The notes under the pieces are model-generated. The model saw nothing but the letters and a program-made list of their open reading frames with translations. It searched no databases and was not told the DNA's origin. 64,000 nucleotides of DNA from Blastocystis sp. Blastoise (taxonomy: Eukaryota > Protista > Bigyra: Opalinata): NCBI GenBank assembly GCA_039096225.1, contig JBBPEB010000014.1:2046001-2110000 (forward strand), in the 5' to 3' direction. Shown here one piece after another: positions 51,065 to 64,000 of this stretch. Positions within the stretch are counted from its first letter, which is position 1; every line of letters begins with the position of its first letter. A program made the position numbers and the translations under genes.

Positions 51065-52073
51065 CTCTTTAGAAGGAGAGGCTAATGTTGACCATTCTTG
51101 AGGTCTATAAAGATATATATATATATTTATAAATATATATATATATAAATAATAAAAAATATAAATATAAATATATATATAAGTATATAAAAAACATAAA
51201 TATATAAAAAAAATAAATATATAAAAAATATAAATATATAAAAAAATATAAATATATAAAAAATATAAATATATATATAAATATATAAATATACTTAAAA
51301 TCTTGTTTTTTCATTCCTTCAAAGAATTGAGCTCTCCTGTAGATAATATTTATATATAATATAATAAATGAATATATATTACTATAATATACATACCAAT
51401 GTTTTGAATGAAAATTAATATCTGATATCGATTCACTATCTGTATCGTCCAATAAGAATCCTGGGGGTCCTGAGGGTCCTGGGGGTCCTGGGGGTCCTGG
51501 GGGTGGCATAGAACACTTTTCAACGATTTGAGTGAGAGGACATTTAATTTTAGGTTCTTCAACTTGTTCAGTATCAGTTTCATTCTAAATTTTAGAATAT
51601 ATATACACAAATACACATAAACTACCCTACTTTTACTACATTTTGAATAGTAGAAAGCGAAATATTGGCATTGACTATTTTTTCATTTATCTATATTATA
51701 TTTACAAATACTCTAGTAAATATTAAATACAGTATGATTTGTCTCACATGAATTCATGAAATCTAAATAAAAATAAATAGCATAAATGATCGGATGATAA
51801 TAAGAGTAATCTTTTTTATATACTTTCTCGAATAACAACATTTCTAACTGGAACTAAAACCATATTTCCTATAATTTCTTTTGTAAAAAGAATATAATGC
51901 AGAATTAATGTTGTAGCACATGTGAGAACAACAAATATATTTCCTATCTTCATATTACAATCAAATGAGAGCTTTAACAAAAGATGAAGATAGAATCTAA
52001 AAAAAGTTTTGTAAAAACAGTACATTTCGGTTATACATTCCCTATTTTCAGTCTCTGTTCTTAACGGTGCCAT
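48907..52073 (-). CDS. Type II membrane glycosyltransferase, GT61-like, with a short collagen-like stem; multi-exon
   Basis: [23 protein letters not shown]; [56 protein letters not shown]. Start codon uncertain. Confidence 0.75.
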
Positions 52074-52115
52074 TATTTTCAGACTATTTCAGTAGGTTAT
52101 GGAAAAACATCAAAA

Positions 52116-52582
52116 ATGTTGAATAAGATTTCTACAGTTATATATTCACTTTCTCGTTCGTTTACAAAAAAATCAATTAGAATCATGAGTTCATCAAACG
52201 ATATAACAAGAGATATCCTTGAAAAATACATTCCAATGACAGTAAAGAATAATCTTTTATTTGATATTCATGTCAAACCAAACTCTAAGAAGTGTAGTAT
52301 AGAGTTTGAAGATGGATGCTTAAATCTCAAAATTGCTTCTCAACCTACAGAGGGGAAAGCAAACAAAGAAGTCTGCGAAACACTCTCTTCCATTCTTCAA
52401 GTGCCAAAACGCCAAGTAAATAGATAACATATATATATATTGTTTTAAGTAAACTATTGTACTAAATTATTTAGATTGCCATAGCAAAAGGAGAGAAATC
52501 AAGAGATAAAACGATCAGTATTCAAGGAATAGAAAGATCGCAAGTTATAGATAAAATATATACTTTGCTTCATGATTCATAA
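52116..52582 (+). CDS. UPF0235/DUF167 (YggU-like) protein with presequence-like N-terminus
   Basis: IHVKPNSK, IASQPTEGKANKEV, VPKRQ|IAIAKGEKSRDK. Confidence 0.92.
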
Positions 52583-53241
52583 CGTTTATTTTTCATTGAT
52601 TAGAGTTTCATATATCAAAAATCAATATGTTTCGTTATTTTATTATCAAGTTATTGTAGGTGTATTATAAAAATTGTTTTTATTAATTATTATTTACTAT
52701 ATTTTTCACTTTATTTGGCGAACATGTGTTTCATTGTTCTTTGAATGATTGTTGATTATTATTGTTTTTTAATTTCGTTTATCATTAATTTTTGTTGATT
52801 AAGATGATTTTCTTTTCTTTTCTTTATGTGCATTTTCTGATCTACTTTGAAGTGATGAAAAATCAGAGATATTTAGATCACTCTATGTTGCGATCATAGT
52901 TTGATAGAATCTTAAAATAATTTAATGTATATATATCCTTATTTATTCTTGAAAAACGTTTTATCTATTCAAATACTAGAAGTTTTTTTATTTTGAACCA
53001 AAAAACTTGCTTCTTTTTTTTAGTGATTTCTTCGTGATTATTTTGTTTATTTAACTACCAATAAAAACTCGTAGTTTTCAAATGAGAACCTGATGTGAGT
53101 TTTTTATCAATATAAATAATGAGTAAACTCACTTCAGAATCTTACTGGCTCTTTCTTTTTTCTTAGTTATTTTCAAGTTTATTTTTCTCAAGAAAAACGA
53201 CAATTTAAATTGATTTATTCATAGTTTATATATTATTCATA

Positions 53242-54087
53242 ATGGCTTCTCTTGTTTCTGCTAATGTTTGTCAAGGTCTTTTAGATATACCTTCAAAATC
53301 TAAAGTTGTGAAACGCATTTATTCTGATGACAGTTATCAAGTTAAACCCCTAAGAAAAGTATAAAGTGTGAACTCTCTGTTGCCGTTTGTTGTTCAGCTA
53401 ATGTCAATCGATCTATGGCTGCTCATAAATTATTGAAAGAACATGGTATCAAAGTGAAGTCATTTGGAGTTAGCAGCTCAGGTATGTTTTTTTTATCATT
53501 TATTTTTATATTTATACATTCTTTCAATTTTTATTAGTTACATATATATATATAATTTTTTTATTTTTATTCTTTCAATTATTATTAGTTACCTATATAT
53601 ATATTATAGTACGACTTCCAGCACCTGGTGGTCAAGTCAAAGAATACTCGTTTGGGACTCCATATTCCACAATTCTCAAAGAATTGAAAGAAATGGATGA
53701 AAAATGGAATCTCCACAAAGATTTCAAGATTATTCAAATATAGATCAATTCAACGTTATTATTTGTTGTGATATGAACTGTTATCGTACTATGTCTAACT
53801 ATTTAATTAATCGTACAGATCGTGGTACTCATCCTATAGATGTATTTGGCATAGATGTTCCAGATACACCTCGTGAAGCTGAAGTATGGTCCTATTTACT
53901 ATTACATCTATGTAATCAAGTATGTTTCTATTTATTAATATTATTTTGATTTTATTTTTTTATCTATTAATTAATTTATTTATAGATGAAATCTGTGAAG
54001 AAAGGTGTATCTAGTTTAAAAACAATCTTAAAACAATATGAAGAAGAAGATTCTATTAATATTGAACATAGTATTTTTATTGTGTAA
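53242..54087 (+). CDS. SSU72: Ssu72 RNA polymerase II CTD phosphatase, disrupted as assembled (two frame breaks)
   Basis: VAVCCSANVNRSMAAH (CX5R), SFG..VRLP, YSFGTPY, PQRFQ, IDVPDT; frame breaks at 53359-53366 and ~53706. Confidence 0.88.
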
Positions 54088-55209
54088 ACGATTTAAATAT
54101 AGGTTATATGGCATCTTCTTGTTATACTATTCGAACTCATTCTACAGTTTCTATTTTACTTTTCTTCTTTTCTTTTTTATTATTTACGCTTTTTAACTTC
54201 ATTTCTAAAGGTTTTTCTTCTTTTTCTATTCCAAAACAGGTTACTACAAATCAGAATCTCAATTCATACATTCTTAAGATGTAAGATATTTATTCTGTAA
54301 TAGTTCTATATCTAGTTCATGCATTGTCTATGTGTTTGAATGAATCTACTCAAATATATTTAAGATATATGTAAATATTTAATATATATATATTAATTAA
54401 ACAATTGATTCTTTCACTTTTACTATTTTGTTGTTGTTATTGTTTTTTATATTGTATTCACAAAATTTTTGCAAAAATCATAGTTCTTTAGTGTTTTGTT
54501 CATAAAAATTTTTTAAGATTTCTATAATTAAAAAAAATTAATTTTTTTTAAACATTATTCATTTGTTATTTTAAAGTTTTATAAAATATTGATTGTATTC
54601 AATTTATGTATCGATTCATTTTTATAAAGTTTAGAGTTCTTTAGTATCAACATGTAATAAAAACAATCATCATTATCTATCAAACTAGTTTTTTTTATTG
54701 TATTATTCTATATCCTTATACTCTCTACTGACCAAAAAACTATCTTCTTATAAGGATAAAAAAATATGTTTAATTTTTTCGCACAAAATTCTTTATTCAG
54801 TATATATAATTGAAATAAGGTCATTTCTATATCATAATGATACTAAACTTGTAAGAATGACTAGTATTTTTGGTTTTCAATTGACATATTGACATTAATA
54901 ATTCGATAAATTTCAGTAATTTAGTTGTTTTCACTTTGTAAATAAAAACTATTGATTATTTAGCAAAGAGAACTAAACAGGTTGGATCAGGTTTACAAAA
55001 ACTACGCTTTATTATTAAATAAAAAAAATTGACTGTAAATGATGATTTTCCCTTATTTATAGATCCTTTTTTTATAAGGAAAAACAAATGAATTCTAAAG
55101 AAGATCAAAAGGCTGAAACGTCTTTTCTCTTTGTCTCAATAATCTTTTTCTTTTGTGAAATTGATATATCAATCAATATATTTCTAAACTATCTGTATAA
55201 TAACAAACA

Positions 55210-56670
55210 ATGTCTATTCAAGAAGAATTTCTCAGTGGCTACTCAAATATCATGTTAAATGATTATTATGAAGTCACCATGGCTTATGCTTATTGGAAAA
55301 ATGGAAGTTATAAGAAGAGAGCTACTTTTGAAGTTTTCTTTAGAAAGAATCCTTTCCATGGAGAATATACAATTTTTGCTGGACTTTCTGATACTATCAA
55401 CATGATAAAGAACTTGAAATTTACTGAAGAACAAGTTCTTTATTTACAAAAGGAAATGCCTCATTGTGAACCTGAGTTTTTTGATTATTTAAGATCTATT
55501 GACTCTTCTGAACTTACTATAACAGCTGTACCTGAAGGTTCATTTATATATCCACGTGAGCCTATTATAACGGTTGAGGGACCATTAGCTATTTGTCAAC
55601 TCCTTGAAACGCCCATGCTAAATTTATGTAACTTTGCTAGGTATTCTATTTTTAGTTATTCTTATTGTTTATATTTTATTTATTATATATATTTAGTCTT
55701 ATTTGTACAAATGCTACTCGAATGTGCTATGCTGCAGGACCTGAAACGAAAATCGTCGAATTTGGACTTCGTAGAGCTCAAGTATATTATTATTATTCTA
55801 TTATTAATATATTATTCTATTATTTATGATATATTATTCTATTATATTATATTATATTATATTATTAATATATTATTCTATTATTAATATATTATTCTAT
55901 TATTTATGATATATTATATTATATTATATTATATTATATTATATTATTAATATATTATATTATATATATATATAGGGTCCAGATGGTGGTATGTCTGCTT
56001 CACGATATAGTTATATGGGTGGATGTGAAGGAACCTCTAATATATTAGCTGGTATATATATATATATATTATATAAGTTATATAAGATTATTCTTAATAT
56101 ATATATAATTATTAAATATACTATGTTCTCTATATAGGTTTGAAATATGATATTCCTATCTCTGGTACTCACGCACATTCTTATATTCTTTCACATAACA
56201 GCCTTGATGATATCAAAGTATATATATATATAAATTATCATTATTTCTTTTATTATATTGTTCTATTCTATATGTATTTATTGTTCAAACAAAGTAATAT
56301 TTGTATTCTATATTACTATCCTTATCTTCCTTTTAGGTATCGACATTAAACGGAGTCGATTTCAAAGAAGTCTGCTTGAGAGTGAGAGAAGAACAAGGCT
56401 TTGATGAAGCTAATATTGTATATATATATATTATTATTATTATTATTATTGTTCTCATTATTATACTCATTATTATACTCATTATAATAGTTATTATTCC
56501 ATTTTGTATTACTATAGTTTTTATTAATACTTATTATAGTTATTATCAATATTTATTCTACTTATTCTACTTATTATTATTACATATAGGGTGAGTTAGC
56601 TGCGTTTATTTCGTATGCTACTGCTTTCCCTGATAAGTTTGTAGCTCTTATCGATACTTATGACTCCCTT

Positions 56671-56757
<87 letters not shown>

Positions 56758-58003
56758 TGGTCTTCCTAATTATGTTTGTGTAGCTGTTGCTCTTATTAAG
56801 GCTGGCTATCATCCAATTGGTTTCCGTCTTGATAGCGGGGATCTTGCGTATTTATCACAGGAATGCTTCAATATTATTAAAAAGGTATATATATATTATA
56901 TTATATTATATATATGATATCTATATCTTCCTTCTATTCTGTATATAGGTAGAATCTGTCTATCACTTGGGATTAGATAAAGTGTGTATTGTGTGTTCTA
57001 ATGATATCAACGAAGAAGTTATTTATAGTATTAACAAACAACCTCATCATATTAATATGTATGGCATTGGCACTCATCTAGTATATATATATGATTATTA
57101 TTTATTTTATGTTGCATAAAAGCTATATATATATATATATATTAATATAATTTCTTTCTATGAATTGTGTTTTATTTATGTTTCTATAGGTCACATGCCA
57201 AGGTCAACCTGCTCTCGGTATGGTCTATAAATTGACTCAAATTGAAGATGTTAAAAAGGTATATATATATATATATATTGATTTATTTTTATTATTATTA
57301 TTATTTTTATTATTATTTTTTTTTTTCTCTCTCTATATATATATATATAGGTTAAAATGAGTGAAGATAAAGTAAAGAGTACAATTCCTGGTAAAAAAGA
57401 GATTTATAGACTCTTTGGTAAAGATGATATATGTATATTGGATTTAATGGTTCAAGATGGAGAACCTGCTCCTATAGCTGGACAAAAAGTATATATATAT
57501 ATATATATATATATACTATTGATTATAATAATAAACATATATATTATATACTTATTCTCTATATATATGTAAATAGATTCTCTGCCATTGTTTAGAGGAT
57601 AGTAATAAGAAAGTTTTCGTGTCTCCCTCAAGGGTTGAATTACTTCAACATGTCTATCTTAAAAATGGACAAATTGAAGTATATTTATTATATATTTATA
57701 TATATATATATTTATTTCTTTGCCAAAGAAATTCTATTTTTAAATAATATCTTATTTAAAGACACGTCTTGTTCTCTTAATCTTTATTCATTATTATATT
57801 ATAACTACTCTCTATCTCTATAGACTCCTCTTACTCCTATTCATGAAGTTCGTGCCTATATAAAGGAACAGATCCCTCACTTCCGTAACGATGTCATGAG
57901 ATATCTCAATCCTACACCTTATAAGATTTCTGCATCCACAAATCTTTATACTTATACTCAAGAAATGTGGTTAGAATCCAAACCTATCAAAGAATTATCT
58001 TAA
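55210..58003 (+). CDS. NAPRT: Nicotinate phosphoribosyltransferase, multi-exon
   Basis: [27 protein letters not shown]|GPDGG, GTHAHS, LIDTYD, RLDSGDL, GIGTHL|VTC, PTPYKIS. Confidence 0.97.
56674..56755 (+). repeat. Intron consisting entirely of GT(AT)nAG
   Basis: Separates DTYDSLI and SGLPNY of NAPRT; similar introns at 7532-7613 (-), 12134-12179 (-) and 46497-46566 (+). Confidence 0.93.
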
Positions 58004-59390
58004 TTGTATTCAACTTCTTTTATGTACATCTTCTATATATCACTACTGTGCTCTATTCTAGTTACTAGTATCTTATATGTGCTCTATAATTAGTCTATCG
58101 TCCTTTTTCAGAATTACTCTCTTTTTTTCATATTAATTTATATATACATATATTTTTAAATTGATTTTCGTTTCAATCAATTGATCTCCTTGTTTCAAAA
58201 CTTATTTTATTCATAAGTAAGTTAGAAAACATGTTTTCTTTTGGGGCTACAATCACTAGAAAATTGATAAACTATTATTTTTTAAAACTTATTAAATCAT
58301 CGCTTCTTTCATCTTCTTTACATGCTAATAAAACAAGACATCAAATCACAATTGAAAATATAAATGCGTTTTACTCACCTTTCCAAAAAAATGAAAGCAT
58401 TTCTCTCCTTTTTAGAAATGAGGATATAATTTCATGATTATTACTAATTTCTCACTATAAATAACACAGAAACCGTAATTCTCGACTTGGACAGGTGAGA
58501 GAAGATATTTTTGGCATTTATTTTTTCTTTTTTTAAATATACACAAACATGACATGAACATGAAAATTCTGTATAGCTCTTGTTTCATTCCTATTTATGT
58601 GATTTATAACATATTTAAAAGCTCATCCATAGTCTCAATGAATAATATAATCAAAAATCATTAGAGGAAAAGAAAATATTAAAAAAATAATAAAAATTCT
58701 TTTTTTCTTTTACTCATGGTTAACAACAAAACTCAGTCAAAAAATTATTTAAAGGACAATGCAACGTGATTATATTTAAAATTAAATGATTATATATAAA
58801 ATAGGAAAAACTAAAAAAAACGAAATTATGACAATTCTTATGTTCGTAAACATTTTATTGTAAAACATTTTTAATGATTCTGTATACTATATCAAAAAGT
58901 TGATAATTATGAAGTGCTTCTATTTGATCATAACAAACTGCAAAAAATGACAAGAAATAAACGTGTTGATTTCAATGTTCGAGAATGTCAAAAAGAAAAG
59001 TGTTCATCATTATGACAAACACCAAATTCGTCACAATTCATTCTATGAATGATTGGACATAAAGAAAAACTCTATTTCATTGGTAGTTGGATTTCTCACC
59101 TGTCCCAATTCTTGAATCGAAGATCATGGTAATTTCTTATTTTCATCTATTCTCTTATTCTTACTTACGGTTATTTTAATATTCAAAAAGACAATCGTTT
59201 TTTCTATAATATTCTTTGTAATCGTGAAAAGTTCATTATTTCTGTGTCTCATTTCCTAATTAATCATGGAAAAATACAATTAAAAAAAGGGGTACTCAAT
59301 GAGAAACAAAGGTTCATTTCTCTTTCTTGACGATTTATTTTTTTCTTTTTGTATTTTGAACATTTTTTTTCTATTTTTAGATTCAAAACA

Positions 59391-60448
59391 ATGTCTCTTA
59401 AGACTTATTTCTTCTTAGCTGCAGAAAGCGAACAAAGTTCTATTTGGTTCGTTCTTTTACTTTGTGTCTTGTTACTCATCTGGACTGTATTCATGTGTTC
59501 TCTTCCTATGATGTTCAAGGCTAGTGATAATGGTATATCATTCATCAGTGCTTTAGGTGCTGGTCTTATGGTTGGTGCCGCTTTTAATGTTGTTATTCCT
59601 GAATCTATTGAAGATGCTCTTGAAAAAATGGATGCTGAACATACTACCGAAGGTCAATTAGCTGCTTTCAGACTTATTGGTATTTGCATTGCTAGTGGTT
59701 TCGCTTTCATGATGATTTGTGATTCTTTAACTCATATGTGTTCTCATCATAGTCATGGACATCATGATCATGAAGGTCATTCTCATCCTGGTAATGTCTG
59801 TGCTGATGCTGATGCTGATAAAAAAGAAGAAGATTGTGATCATAAATGTGAACATGATCATACTACTGAAAATTCTGAAATTGTTCCCAAACAATCTTTT
59901 CATCATAGTTATCAATCTACTGTTTGGGGTCTCTGTTTACATTCTATTTTCGATGGTATTGCTATTGGTGCTTCTATGCTTGCTAAAGATACCAAAGTAT
60001 TATGGGTTATTTTCTTTGCTATTGTTCTTCATAAATCTTCTGCCTCTTTTGGTTTAGGTGCTTACTTTAAGAAATTAGGATTAACTTATAAACAAGGTAT
60101 ATATATTTGTTTTTATTTTTATTATTATTATGTTTATTATAGTTTATGTTTATTAATAATAATCATAATAATTTATCTTTTTATTCTCAAGCTTTCTGGT
60201 ATATTATGTTATTTGCTTCTACTACTCCTGTTGCTACATTTGTTGCTGCTCTTATTGTTAAACTTGGAGTTGAAATCTCAGAAACTGTTTTACCTGTCGC
60301 TTTTGCTTTCTCTGCTGGTACTTTCTTATATGTTGCTATTACTCATATTTTACCTGAAATTGGGTCTAATTTAAAACCTTCTCATTTACTCTGTATGTTT
60401 GTAGGAGTTATTCTTCCTTATTTCTTATTTATTGAACATGAAGAATAA
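59391..60448 (+). CDS. ZIP-family zinc transporter (ZIP9-like), one intron
   Basis: LGAGLMVGAA..VIPE, His-rich loop, GLCLHSIFDGIAIG, AIVLHK, FSAGTFLYVAITHILPE. Confidence 0.94.
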
Positions 60449-60874
60449 ACACATTCATTCTTTGTCGCATATTCTAATTATTCTTACTGGGCTTATACGT
60501 TGTTTTTATGTTTGTCGTTTTTGCTTATGGTTCATAGTATTCTTTTTATTATATTAATAATTATATTTTACATATTTTGTGTTAAATAATTTATTTTTGC
60601 TTCATTGTTTTGCTTGTTACATACATTTTTATTTTTATAATATTAACTACTTTTTAATATTATATGCGACACATAGAATCATGAATTACACATAGGGCAA
60701 CAACAATTAATCACATTTTTCATCAATTTTTAAAAATTATTCATATTTCTTACTTATTGTTATAAATGATATTGCCTGGATGATATACTCGTTTCAAGTT
60801 ACTCACAATGATCTATTAATATAGATAAAAAGTAGTTTTTTTAAATAAATTCTTTTTCGTTTAACTTACTTATA

Positions 60875-64000
<3,126 letters not shown>

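Overview
Very AT-rich, gene-dense, intron-rich eukaryotic nuclear DNA. It is most consistent with a Blastocystis-type gut stramenopile (inference from TGTTTGTT 3' motifs, RSF-type mitochondrion-related-organelle presequences and gene content). Splicing by hand gave 24 protein-coding loci plus one tRNA-Ile(AAU). Most poly-YI, poly-Y, poly-I and poly-L ORFs in the ORF track are intronic microsatellites. Main points: (1) a selenoprotein thioredoxin reductase ending Cys-Sec-Gly, with a canonical type II SECIS and a separate ~35-bp hairpin starting right after the stop codon; (2) a textbook U12-type AT-AC minor intron; (3) most introns start GTATAT and end ATATAG, several are pure (TA)n, and (UUA)n tracts are always on the sense strand; (4) TT, GA and GC donors needed to keep conserved frames; (5) an Ssu72 locus with an 8-nt GT..AG remnant and a missing conserved segment; (6) two probable pseudoenzymes (PAP2-like and apyrase-like). 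All gene models are manual, with no RNA or database support.
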